From positions 81,902,001 through 81,966,000 of the forward strand of contig NC_042999.1 of NCBI RefSeq assembly GCF_006345805.1: DNA of 64,000 nt, given 5' to 3'. The position numbers and the translations under genes were made by a program. The notes under the pieces are model-generated. The model was given only the letters and a program-made list of their open reading frames with translations, did no database searches and was not told where the DNA came from. This document shows, piece after piece, positions 11,402 through 24,324 of this stretch (position 1 is the first letter of the stretch; each line of letters opens with the position of its first letter). The DNA comes from Octopus sinensis. Lineage: Eukaryota.

Positions 11402-12116
11402 ATATATATATATACAACAGCAGAAGCAGCGGTGTTATTACAATCGTACTTTCTCTTGCTGCTGTAAATAACGGAGCCTGTTTATGTTTGTTGGAGAGCG
11501 ACACAGCTTCTGCACTTTGCACGGTACCTAGCTCTTATGTGGTGGGAGTTGTCCCACTAATTGCTAGCTACACCAGGTCGATATCCACGGCAACGGGCAT
11601 TTACAGAAAGACCAATTAACGGGTGAATGTGAATTGTATACACATGTATCTATTTATGTCTACGGAAAGTGTTTGCTTGGTGTTTCATGTCTCTCTGCAT
11701 CTAGATAAGACCCATCACACATAGCATTACATTCAAGTAAACACACGTACACATGTACCCACTGTAATTACGAATACACACGTATACAGACACGCATTGT
11801 TTTTGCACACACCTTTCCAAAGTTATGTATATTAACGCAGAAAGAAATAAATAATAACAAAACAATCATTCAGAAAACCAATAGAGAGACGGGAAAAAAA
11901 ATTAAACAAAAAATATCAGGAAAGAGAGAAGCAACACGCGATTTCAGCGAGTGATATAGCAGTCCAACACTTACATTTTCCAGCCTCTGTCTGCGATAAG
12001 ACCCACTGCATGACTCTTCTCTGCGTAGATTACATCCAAGGACTTAACAATCAGCTACCTGATAACTGTGAGGCAAAACTGCACTCTTCAGGAAGGATAT
12101 ATCATGTCAAATATTT

Positions 12117-12310
12117 AAGCCACCTGATGAATGACTGCGACTCAAAAATTTGAAGACAGCAGGCAGGAAACGATCGTAGTGGGATATTAATTATATTTTT
12201 TGATAATTTTGTTACATATTTAAATAATATAAATTAATCATATGTATTGGCATAAGTCTTTCATTGTTTGATTTGCCTAATAGTGGTTTTGTCTCTAATT
12301 TAATATAATA
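12117..12310 (+). mobile_element. Dispersed repeat, copy 1 (possibly a Penelope-like terminus)
   Basis: Colinear with 17995-18186 (CCACCTGA.GAATGACTG...GAAACGATCGTAGTG...GATTTGCCTAATAGTGGTTTT.TCTCTAATTTAATATAATA), both followed by (TA)n. The class assignment is tentative. Confidence 0.75.
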
Positions 12311-12369
12311 TATATATATATATATAATATATATATATATATGTATGTATATGTATATATATATATGCT

Positions 12370-12595
12370 TCTTTATTTGTTTCAATCATTTCAATGCGGC
12401 CATACTGGAGCAGCGCTTTAGTGAAACAATTCGATCCTAGGACATTCGTGGCAAGCCTAGTACTTATTTAACCCAGTCCTTTTGTTTTAAGTCTGGTGCT
12501 TATGCTAACGTTCTCTTTTGCCGAAATGCTAAATTAGAACAACGTAAATACACCAATACCTGTACTCAAGCGGTGATGAAGGACACCCCAGACAG

Positions 12596-12652
<57 letters not shown>

Positions 12653-12745
12653 CGACGGGCTTCATTCAGTTTCTGTCTAGAAAATTCACTCTTCAATGCT
12701 TTGGTCGGCCCAAGGTGCCCCACAGTTCTTACCACAGAATGACGC

Positions 12746-12750
<5 letters not shown>
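12370..12750 (-). mobile_element. SINE family A with internal (CA)n(TA)n and a deleted head
   Basis: Reverse complement matches 45261-45683 (GTTTCAATCATTT..GCGGCCATACTGGAG; CTCTTTTGCCGAA; ACGACGGGCTTC.TTCAGTTTC). Confidence 0.85.
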
Positions 12751-12793
<43 letters not shown>

Positions 12794-13807
12794 GTATGTG
12801 CGTGTGTGCGTGTGTGTCTTGAAGCAAATTGTTCAAATTTAAATCTGAATGCTATATTCATTGCAAGTAAGAAAGCTGTGCTCGAGACTTAATGTTTTTC
12901 TATCACACTCCGAGACAGGTTCTTTTTATTATTGTACCGGATGCTCCTGAGGGTTGATTTCTAGCAAATGTGTACAATTGTATACAATTTAACAGAGAAC
13001 GTTCTCATATGTATTTTATGAAATACGTGTTTAACAGGTAGTGATTTGTCTACCATTTACTTAACAATATATCAGTAGATACGACCACCGGGTTTGAAAA
13101 TTTTTCGTTTTACTCGTGTTTGAACATTTGTCAATTGTGTATGGAAATCATTCTGAAATTATGTATCTTGTTGCCCGAGTTTCATTTAGAAAAGAGAATT
13201 GTGTAACATTGTATTGTATAGTTTATTACATACTTTCATGTCATTAAGCAAATCTAAACACGATAAAGGCATATATAAATCCATAGAATCTGACGTATTC
13301 ATAAGAAAACTGCTATACGATTAAATAGAATTTTCTCTGAAAAGAACTTCTGTGTTATCGCTTTCAAACCAATTCTTACCAGTATATCTTTAGACATTCA
13401 AATTTCTTCTATTCAACGAATCCAATGACTTAGAACTGAATCTGTCGACTCGAAATTAATACAGCAGCAGCAATTTCAGAAATCAGACAATGATTTTATT
13501 CCCAAATAGAGCAGACGGGGAGGGATTTTCCTTCTATGAATGGAGTGAATCGAACAGTTAGTATAGATACTGAAACATATTGTAATATGTTGCACCTTTA
13601 ACGGATGGAGACATCAACTTGAAACGTGGAAATACTGATGTGAACGTAGCTCTACGTGAAATTATAGCTTAATGTGTTCTATGCTAAATTATATGCTACG
13701 CCCACTGCCGTGTCTTTGTACTCTTCTACCGGAGATTAGAAGGCATGGCGCTAAAATCTTTGAAACACTTCAATCCTAGTTAGTTCTTCACACGCACACA
13801 CACACAG

Positions 13808-13842
<35 letters not shown>

Positions 13843-14199
13843 CTCTCTGTCCTGTATTTCTCACTGACTGTTTATATTCAATAAAATCCTTTACGATAAA
13901 AGAAAGCTGGAGCACAGAGTCAATGATACTACTGAAGATGACACCAAACAAAATATCCTAGATAAATTTGATAAAGAAATTGCACACATTCGATAAAGAA
14001 TTATCAGCTTAAAATACAAGCATGTCCTTAAGATGCTTCCTATGCTTCACGAAAGAAAAAAAATAAAGAAAATATTAGTTACTGATGCAATTCGATATTT
14101 CATCGCATTAGAACTATCTGTAGCTAGTTGATAATTTTATCCGTTGTAGGTATATGAGGATTGACTTTATTCTGCCTTTCTATGCAGTCTGCGTCACTA

Positions 14200-14865
14200 C
14201 AAGGATTCCGCGACTTGCTCGAGTTCAACTTGCGCGAAATTCGACTTGCGCGAGCCAACTTTTGATACCGAGTGTTCGGGTTGCGCGAGTTGTATTCTCG
14301 ACTTGCGCTTGTTGTAAAAATATTTATTATCCAATATTTATTAACAGTGAATTATTAGCGATGGATAAGGAGATTTCTGACGAAGACACAGGTGATCCTT
14401 CGACTTCAGATGGCCCACAAGAAAGACAGTAGTTAAAATTGCAACAGCTGCAGAATATGATGCAGACCTTTGAAAGCTTAAAAGACCAAATAACGAACTT
14501 TGACGAGAACACTGAACAAGTGCAAAGAAATTTGGAACATGATTTTTCTTGTCATAAAAAAATGTTTGATCAACTGAATAAGTAAATTTATTTGCTATGT
14601 ATTTTTCTATATTCTGTTTATAATCATTAAACAATTTGTATTACTTTTTGTATTTTGTATTCGTACAAAGCAGTCACCAATAAAAGTTTTTGGGTTTCAA
14701 ATAGAAAGAAATTCCATTCAATACTTTCTCCAAGTGTTTCTTTAATATAACAATATTTAGCAGTTATCTCGGAAAATATTTATAGAAAACAATATCTGGT
14801 ACTCGACTTGCGCGAATTTCGACTTGCCCGTCCCCCAATTACTCGTGCAAGTCGAGGAATCCCTG
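14200..14865 (+). mobile_element. pogo/Tigger-like non-autonomous DNA transposon with TIRs and TA target duplication
   Basis: Left TA|CAAGGATTCCGCGACTTGCTCGAGT versus reverse complement of the right end TA|CAGGGATTCCTCGACTTGCACGAGT; subterminal CGACTTGCGCGA repeats; internal remnant resembling a transposase C-terminus at about 14360-14580. Confidence 0.88.
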
Positions 14866-15240
14866 TATTTCCATTTTTTGCTTGATTTCTTTTTCTTTAA
14901 ATCTCATTCAACCAGTGTCTTTGATCACAATCTTTGTTACTGGTCTTAATTATATTTAATGACGTCACTCTGACCAACATCGGAATTTTGTTCATTTTAT
15001 TAACAGTTTTTTAAGACGTGTTGACACCACATGCACATATCTGATTTACACGTAAATTACGAGGTAAATGAGAGATAAATTACAAGCTAAGTAATGAGAG
15101 GTATTGATACATTGGCTGAATTTGCAAGAAATAACAGCCAAGACTTCCTCCACTTAGGTCATACTGTTTTACGAAAGGAACAACATAACAGATAATTGGG
15201 TCCTCGAGACACTATGCTGAAGATAGAGAACGGGTGGTAA

Positions 15241-15625
15241 GTGTTGGAAAACTTGATATGAGCAATTGTGGGGTAAGGGTGGAGGTCGATTTTATCGACC
15301 TTAGTAATCAATTATGAAAGACGAAAGTACTCGACTACGAAAAATGAAATACAAAGTTATTCTCAGCGGAATTTGAACTCACGATGTAGACAAACGGAAT
15401 TAGTATTAGTATTCCGAAATCCTAATATTAATGCATCTTTAAGGCGGCAAGCTGGCAGAAACGTTAGCAAGCCGGGCAAAATACTAAGCGGAATTTCGTC
15501 TGTCTTTACATTCCGAGTTCAAATACTGCCGAGGTCGACTTTGCCTTTCATTCTTTCGGGGCCGATAAATTAAGTACCACTTGCGTACTGGGGTCTATCT
15601 AATCGACTGGCCCCATACCCCAAAA
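15241..15625 (+). repeat. Left arm of a roughly 380-bp inverted repeat (composite containing a family-B SINE)
   Basis: Reverse complement of about 17364-17747, including the shared junction AGTATTAGTATTCCGAAATCCTAATATTAAT.CATCTTTAAGGCGG. Confidence 0.88.
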
Positions 15626-15660
15626 TTTCGGGGCTCGTGCCTAGCGTAGATAAGAATATC
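15438..15660 (+). mobile_element. SINE family B
   Basis: TTAAGGCGGCAAGCTGGCAGAAACGTTAGC...GAGTTCAAAT...GAGGTCGACTTTGCCTTTCAT...ATAAATTAAGTACC; multiple copies in the window. Confidence 0.85.
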
Positions 15661-16189
15661 AACACAGCTTTCCCACTGTCGCGTGATGATTTTAATTTAC
15701 AAAAGAAAAATGAATATGTAATGTATCAGTAAATGATACTTACGAAAGGTAAACACATTCCACTAACGTTTCTATTTCATCTCCTTAATATTAATATTTT
15801 TTTTTACGGCTGGAGAGAAACCAGTGAAGGTTGGCAAGATTTAAATTTGCTGGTGAATGTTGCCTCGTTTGTAGATTCATATGCATGCGATTGTCAAATT
15901 CATATTATGTGCAATGAAATTAATAGCTATTCCTTTCAATGAGTGGTGAAAGAAATGCTGGCATTGGCTGCCATTGCTTCTGGCACTGAATTTGCAACTG
16001 TTTATCTAAAGATGCTCCTTTCCGTGAAACAATTGTGTATGCAATCTAAAGATAGCTTTACAGGCCGATCTTTGAAGCCGCTGTCAATGATAATTTTCTT
16101 TAAGAAAAATAAATTCGTACCCTACATAAGTGTAGACTAACACGTCAGATTAATCGAAAATTGTTTTTATTATAAATGAACATATGTAT

Positions 16190-16324
16190 ATATACACACA
16201 CACACACACACAAACGCGCGCACACACACACACACACAAACGCGCGCACACACACACACACACACAAACGCGCACACACACACACACACATACACATATT
16301 CATATATATGTATGTATGTATATT

Positions 16325-16362
<38 letters not shown>

Positions 16363-16489
16363 CATATATATATACATGCATGTATGTATGTTTATATGCA
16401 GCGGCATAAAAAATGCTCAAAAACCATTCAGTGTTTATTGGAATACTTATTGACTTATGTATATATATTTGTATGTATATATATGTATG

Positions 16490-16529
<40 letters not shown>

Positions 16530-16533
16530 CTAT

Positions 16534-16590
<57 letters not shown>
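16190..16590. repeat. Compound (CA)n with AAACGCGCG interruptions, then (TA)n/(TATG)n
   Basis: Direct reading. Confidence 0.92.
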
Positions 16591-16593
<3 letters not shown>

Positions 16594-16852
16594 GCTCGCT
16601 TAGCCAGCAGGGTGGCGTTATTCGAAGGCTAAAACAATGCGAAGCGCATTGTAACCAGCGATGTGTAACAACATCTGATAGACTGGTCGGTCACAGTAAT
16701 CAGTGATATATATATATACATATGTATATATATATATGTGTGTGTGTGCGTGTGAACCCTTCTTCTCTCTCCTCTTTTGATATACATATACACACACATA
16801 TACACACACAAGCGCACACACACACACACACACAACACACACACACACACAC

Positions 16853-16896
<44 letters not shown>

Positions 16897-16898
<2 letters not shown>

Positions 16899-17050
16899 GG
16901 CGGCGAACTAGCAGAATCGTTAGCATGCCAGGCGAAATGCTTATGTCTGCCGTTACTTTCTGAGTTTACATTCCGCCAAGGTCGACTTTGTCTGTCATCC
17001 TCCCGGGGTACATTAAATAAGTACCAGTTACGCAATGGGGTCTATGTAAA
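16897..17050 (+). mobile_element. SINE family B, degenerate
   Basis: GGCGGCGAACTAGCAGAATCGTTAGC...CCGCCAAGGTCGACTTTG...AAATAAGTACCAGTT matches 15438-15600. Confidence 0.8.
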
Positions 17051-17188
17051 TATTTGCAGGAGTGTAAACTTTAAGTCCCATGAACCCGCATCAGAGTTGT
17101 GAATAATTTATCTAACACCTGATAAATAAATTGAGAACTTTTTTTTTCATTTGTACACAACTATACACGCACACACATACATACATAA

Positions 17189-17263
<75 letters not shown>

Positions 17264-17363
17264 TATATACAGAGCGAGGGAGAGAGAGAGAGAGAGAGAG
17301 AGAATATGAGGGGTTTAGTTTACTGATGATTTAAACGAATAGGTTTGCTGTGTAAGTGCTATA

Positions 17364-17747
17364 ATTGGGTGATGGGGCCAGTCGGTTAGATAGACCCCAG
17401 TACGCAAGTGGTACTTAATTTGTCGACCCCGAATGGATGAAAGGTGAAGTCCACCTCGGCGGAATTTGAACTCAGAATGTAAAGACAGACGAAACTCCAC
17501 TTGGTATCTAGCCCGGCGTGCTAACGTTTCTGCCAGCTCACCGCCTTAAAGATGTATTAATATTAGGATTTCGGAATACTAATACTAATTTCGTTTGTCT
17601 ACGTTCTGAGTTTAATTTCAGCTGAGAAGAACTTTTCCTTTCGTCTTTCGTAGTCGAGTACTTTCGTCTTTCATAATTGAGTACTAAGGTCGATAAAATC
17701 GACCTCCACCCTTACCCCACAATTGCCCATATCAAGTTTTACAACAC
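17364..17747 (-). repeat. Right arm of the roughly 380-bp inverted repeat (includes a family-B SINE at about 17364-17550)
   Basis: Reverse complement of 15241-15625. Confidence 0.88.
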
Positions 17748-17967
17748 GTTTTGTTCTCTTACTTTATTATCATCTTATAATCATCTCATAATAATGACTT
17801 TTATAACCTGTATTACAACCTCAGTCAATCTAAATGTAAATATTTGTCGTTACCTATTATAAATAGCATTTTTCTATTTGCAATATGCATTTTCGTTCAT
17901 TTTTCATATTTTACCCTTACATTTCCACGTGTATTTTATATTTTCTTTTCGTAACATATTTCTACTA

Positions 17968-17994
<27 letters not shown>

Positions 17995-17998
<4 letters not shown>

Positions 17999-18183
17999 CA
18001 CCTGAAGAATGACTGTAACTCGAGAATTGAACAGCCATGAAACGATCGTAGTGTTATATTAATTATCTTTTTTAATAATTTTGATATATATTTAAATAAT
18101 ATAAATTAATTAATCTTATGTATTGGCTTAAGTTTTTGATTGTATGATTTGCCTAATAGTGGTTTTATCTCTAATTTAATATA

Positions 18184-18186
<3 letters not shown>
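17995..18186 (+). mobile_element. Dispersed repeat, copy 2 (see 12117-12310)
   Basis: Colinear match to 12117-12310. Confidence 0.75.
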
Positions 18187-18264
<78 letters not shown>

Positions 18265-21213
18265 TACTGCCGATATTTATTGGCTAATCTCAGTTGTAGC
18301 AAAAATCGGAAGTATAATGCAGCTCCCTACTAATTTGTAGTTGCTAACTTATTGAAAGTAGTTTTGCTTAGAAAGAAAATGAAATCTCCGTATTTCTAAA
18401 GCAGACTTACTCATCTACACAATCTGTTTGTAGTTTCAGCAACTAAATTAAACGCGTCTAATACCTATTCAGAACGATTTATACACGTGTGTTAAAAAGA
18501 TTTTAATCCGTGACAAAAAGGAAATATAGCTACATATGACGGACTTAGGGCTCCAGTACTTCATGTTTTTTGTGTATTCCTATGCATCCGTATCCAAGAT
18601 TCATTTTCACATGGAAGAACACGCTGCCACGAGAGAAAATCTGCATGTCCGTACAGGCTTCCCGCAACAGCAGTCCATTTTCAATCAACACACGCACAAA
18701 TCTATTAAAACACGGTAGCACATTTATGATGCTGGTAGTTGGGATGTCTCTCACCACTTACCCGCTCCGTCAGGATTAACCTTGCGTTTGGCAATAACAA
18801 CCAAACAAAACAAGCGCGTAGCCCATCGCCTTATTTTTTTCCATTGCAATATGCTCGTAACTTTACAAAATGGTACTTAGTCACCCACACATAGGCACCT
18901 ACACATAAGGCACCCACGCATATAAGCATACACACACTGAATCGATAAACTGTATTAATGTCAACCGCATTTTAATATAGCCTTCATCTTCCTTCAATAA
19001 TATGATTGCAACAACAAATATACAATTAGAATATTGATTTTTAATTTTATTACAAGTCAATAATATATACAAAATATTGCACTCGATTACAAAATTAGAT
19101 TTGTATGCATTTCATCAGCACCAAAATGCAAATTGATCCCGCTGAGATTTCAAGTTAGACTATTACACGATACTTTTACTTTCGAACCCAGATAATACCT
19201 CATCAATATTTTCATGATTTGTTTGTTTTTAAATTTCACTGTTGTGGAACGTCAATAATTATTTCACGGAAAAACGTTATATTTACCTTACAAACTGCAG
19301 AATTAACTGTTTTACCGATAGATGATTCCTCTAAACTAGTTTACCCCCTCCAAATGGCAGTAACAACTGTTTTCAAATAGCTTCACAACAGATGCAAGTG
19401 TTATACAGAAAGAAAGCTTTAGAAATTATCTCGTTATTTTCATTACTTTTCTATTTCATCTTGCAGTTACCCCTATTTTCCTTGTCCTTTAAATAATTCA
19501 TTCAGTATATTGTTGTTAAGAGTGAAAAAAATCATGCTTAAGTTTTTCGCTGGAATACAAGTCAAAGTGTCACCAACTGTGATACACAAATGGTGGATTT
19601 GCGAAATGAAAGTATGTATGAGCATATGCATTACTGTATTTGTTCTTTTTGCCTTCGTAGTTCAGATCCAACAAGGCCCTGCTTGGTGGTAAACTCTCCA
19701 TAACAACACTGTGCTGCACATTGGGTTGCAGGTAGAGGTCTTATGAGTATTTCTTTCTGATTATACGATAAAAATAAATTATATTCTAAATTAATCTTGA
19801 TTGCAAAATGTAGCAGTTAGAGGTGGAAATGTTTGAAGAAACAGATATATCAGAATACAGATTGCTCACTTGTGCAAACTTTGGCGACAGATTTGCCATA
19901 AATTTTACGATTCCGTCGTGATTTAAACCTAAAAGATAAACGATTGTAACAGAAATAAGAGGGCATTTGGATGAAATTTGTAATAATTTTATCACCAGCT
20001 ATTTTGATCCCATCGTGTATTAAGTAAAAACGGGAATTAGATTTCATCTCTACATGGTACTCATTTTGTGGCGTTCACAACGTTCTGTATGTCGTAAGCG
20101 TTATTAAGATAGAAAAGAAGTATTTTACAACTGAGAATACAAATTTGATCATTAACTAGATTCAAAGAAATTTAGTTTCTATTTGCTTTACAGCACTTGC
20201 TGCGCAGAAAAGTTAGTTAATTTCTGTTCCTTCAGTTATGGAATATATTATATGTCGCTTCGGTGTTCATCCAAACAGAAAACGTTAATATTTAACGCTC
20301 CAAATATTTATTCAATATAAAATATTTCGCTATGTTTCACTATTTTTCTAATTCTCATTTTCGTTTTTTTTTCTGATTCGGGAAATTTGCTTCAAGGACT
20401 TAATTTGTGTTATCAACAAATTAAATTAAAAGTTGTCTTGTCTAATATGTGCATGAGGGGGAAGAACTATAAGTGGGTGCTGCTGTTTGTAATTATTTTA
20501 ATTCATTTTTAACTATTTTACACTATATCCTAACTACCTTATATATGTATACAACTCCAATTAAAGCAATCAACAACTACTAGTGTCTCGGTTCAAGTAT
20601 TACATTATTGAAAAAAAATTCAATGAAAACAAAATGGTAACAACTCACATTTGTACAAGAAAACATTATAAATACAATAATAAATATGGAATCGAATTAT
20701 ATCAATTGATCTGAAAGCTACCGTGAAGATAACGTATAAGAATGATATCATCAGTATTAAGTGAAACAGAATAGGTTGTATGTAATTCATGTTAAGTTTC
20801 GAGAAGTAATGCAAATTGTAGTATGTAAGAGAAAGTAAAATCTAATTATTACTCCAATTTATTTCGTATAAAGTATATTGATAAGTTACCTCTTAGTCAC
20901 GTTGCTCAAATTGTCTACTTTGGTTGAGACTTTCGTGACAATTTAATTACAAAACTCAACATCATCCGGAAAACAAATATTCAGTATGTCTTAAAATTTT
21001 TTCGTTTTTGTTATTTGGAATCTTTAAAATAAACCTTTTCGATATAGGGTCGATGTTTTGTTTAGGTTAAAATGATTTTGTTTTGAATTTATAGGGGTAC
21101 TTCGTATATATCTACAACATTTAATGTAATAGCATCTTCTCCCTTTGTTCACGGAAAATATTGATTTCAGATCTGTATATATTTATCATACTTAGTAATG
21201 CCATAGAGATTGA

Positions 21214-21616
21214 AAAAAATACTTTTCATTTCTGAAGCAACTAATCACATAGACATAATTTATATTAACTTTACCTATGGGAAAATATTGATGATAATAT
21301 TGATAATATTGATTAATATTTTATAGAAACGCGATTATATATATAATGATACTGAAACATGCCCCTCAATGAAAATTATAATAATAAATATTTCCCTTCG
21401 TTCTGTTGCAATATTACAAAATATTCATGGTTGTTGTAATATCTGTCTCTGAATTTATTGTAAGTTATTCTTACCTTTTAGCTTTATAGATGTGCTGTTA
21501 AGATTATAAAATATTAATCAATATTATCAATATTATCATCAATATTTTCCCATAGGTAAAGTTAATATAAATGATGTCTATGTGATTAGTTGCTTCAGAA
21601 ATGAATAGTATTTTTT
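21214..21616. repeat. Foldback/MITE-like inverted repeat: 112-bp arms (21214-21325, 21505-21616), 179-bp spacer
   Basis: Arms are reverse complements with two mismatches seen (for example CTTTACCTATGGGAAAATATTGATGATAATATTG versus CAATATTATCATCAATATTTTCCCATAGGTAAAG). Confidence 0.93.
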
Positions 21617-23099
21617 AATTACATGAGAGACTGTATATTGTACACTGATTTTCCAATACATATTTCGAACATTTTTGGGACAAATCGCCTTATTAAGACT
21701 TGATATTTCACATTTAAATCCTTTGTGATTAGCCTGGCGCAAATCGACTTGTTAACCCTTTAACTGTTTTGTAAATGTCAACATAATAACTAAGCAACTA
21801 GCCATTTACACGCACACGCATGTATATATCATTACAGTTGTGACTATTTCAGGTAGAAAAGATTTTCTCAAGTGATTTTCATTTTTATATTTTTCTCTGG
21901 CTTTCTATTTGTGTAAGATATATACCTATGGGACTGTGTGTGTGTGAAAAAAAAATCACTATGTTTATCAATTGTCAACAGGGCATAACTACAGATTTCT
22001 GCACCCCTCCACCGATATTAGATGATCATAACTTTCAGTAAAATGAATTTTCAAATGATTTTTTTTTACGAATATGCGTTATAGCATTTACATTCTGAAT
22101 ATGCAAAATTTGGTGGGGGAGATTTTCGGAAAATTAACCGGAGTTCTCTTCAATTCGCTTAATTTTCAGGATACTAGATATTTTAAATTAAAACCATCTA
22201 GAAATATACCCCGGACTATGAAGATTCTGAGCATATAGAAATTTGGGGTGGAAATCAATTGGAGGTTATTTACTTCAAATTGTTTCGGAACAAAACTTCC
22301 ATATTTTCTCTCTTTTGTGTGTTTGTGCATCCGTACATTTCTACTGAAACAACAGGCAATGAAGGCAAATAAAGCCCTCACCAGAAAACTCATGCTATAA
22401 ATAAAAGCTACATGTCTGGTACACAGATATCTATTATTAAGACGACTTATCTGTTGCATACGTTTTGTTTTTTGTTTTCACTTTAAGTAAATTCCCAGGT
22501 AAACGTTTCTAATAGAAAGGCAGAAGACACCAGAAGAAAAAAATAAGAAATATACATGCACAGCTAAATATAGAAGTGTAAAGCATAATTTTGTCACATA
22601 ATCTCTTGAACTTCTTTGAACTTTTTTTCATTATATATATATATATATATATACATATGTGTGTGCGGACACTGAGAATAAACATGTGCTTTTTTTTTCT
22701 ACGGTTTCTGACCTTGGCTTCAGCGGAGATTATGAATATTAAAAAAAAAATCAACTTTTAGACCTCTTAATACACCACCTTCTTAACTTTTCTATTTTTC
22801 CCTAAATTTTACGACTAGAGTTAGGGATTATATACGGATGCACACGCGCACAAAGCGGAAAAAAGTGAAACAAATATGGACGATATATTCCGACCTAGTG
22901 GGGATCAGTTTGCAAAAAAAACCCAATTGTTTTTCCCCAAAATCCTAAATCCTATCCGAGATATATTTGTAGACAATTTCATTTAGAAAAATTTCCGTTT
23001 TCGCGAAAGTTAAGATGAATTGAAATGGACCCCGGTGAATTATCCGAAATCCTTCTCACCCCCTCCTAAAACACTTACCCGGACAATTTTATATAATAG

Positions 23100-24248
23100 G
23101 AATCGACATAATATAACACATATTCGTGGGAAATTTCATAAAAAAATATCCATTTTTCTGAAAGTTATCATCATCCAAAATCGGTAGTGGCAGAAAGCCT
23201 GTGGTGAGATCGTACCAACAGTCAAATATCTCATAATGCATGTGCTCCCAAACATTGCACAAACCTTTATCAACAGTCAATGGCTCTCTGAGCAAGCCAT
23301 CTTAGCTCCCCGTAATGATGCTGTGAACAAAACCAACTGGGATCTCTTGCAGCTGTTGCTCGGACGAGAACAGTTTTTCAAATTTCTCGACACTGTCACT
23401 GATCAGGATAAAGCTGTAGTTTTTCCAACTGAGTTCTTTAACTCTCTACAGCCATCTGGGATGCCACCTCATTGCTTAACACATAACAAGGGGACCTCAA
23501 TCATGCTCCTCAGGAATCTGGATCTACCTCGTCTGTGCAATGGCACCAGGCTGTTCCTGAAGGCGATGCGACCCATGTCCTAGAGGCAAAAATTATGACT
23601 AGGAACTATTGGGGTAAGGATGTTTTCATTCCAAGGATCCTGTTAATTTTATATCATCTCCCCTTTGAATATAAACGGTTCCAGTTCGAAATTTCGCTAT
23701 GTCAATGAAGAAGGACATTCTCTCAAATTTGTTAGACTTCACCTTCATTCTCTCATGGGCAATTATATGTAGGACGTTCGCGTGTCGGAAGTCTCCAAAA
23801 TCATTTCATTTATACACCAATTAAAGGAACACTGAAAACATCGTATATTTAGAAGCTCTAGATAATTAAACTGTGATTGATTTCCAGATTTGTTTCAATA
23901 CGTTAGTTTATACTCACATCATCTGATAGGATTTTTGTTAAATGTACTTATTAACAGGAGGGGAGTGCCCGCATGCTGGTTCTTCTCAACTTTATGCATT
24001 TTCAGGTTCAATATGTTTCTAAGTATTGAGAGCTGAAGGTGATTGCAAAGACAAAGAACTACTTGATATTTTTTTAACAATTTTAACAGTGAGAAGGTAG
24101 GATAAAACATATTATTGACATTAATAGTTTGTAATTCAGATCATTACTGTAGAGAACTGCATAATTCATGTTTCATGTTAGATATCTAAAAGGTACATTT
24201 AAATTTCATTATTTCCTTTAACCCTGGCAACGCCTGGTATTTCTGCTA

Positions 24249-24249
<1 letters not shown>
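23100..24249 (+). mobile_element. Helitron 3' portion: PIF1-type helicase pseudogene plus terminal hairpin and CTAG
   Basis: WLSEQAILAPRN, FPTEFFNSLQPSGMPPH, LLRNLDLPRLCNGTRL, KDVFIPRI and FSHGQLYVGRSRV (about 23750-23786); ends ACCCTGGCAACGCCTGGTATTTCTGCTAG|T at 24221-24250. Confidence 0.93.
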
Positions 24250-24317
<68 letters not shown>

Positions 24318-24324
24318 TAGACTT

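Noticed and set aside
11974-12055. Minus-strand exon candidate LIVKSLDVIYAEKSHAVGLIADRGWK with a GTAAGT donor
   Set aside because: Weak acceptor, and it adjoins the dispersed repeat at 12117-12310, so it is probably TE-derived.
19500-20050. Several short protein-like frames on both strands
   Set aside because: No combination gave consistent splice sites and phases.
20620-20814. Hydrophobic, transmembrane-looking ORF
   Set aside because: T-rich codons give F/L/I/Y-rich peptides by composition alone; no splice support.
21940-23090. Fragments resembling non-autonomous DNA elements
   Set aside because: No termini, target duplication or second copy could be established in the window.
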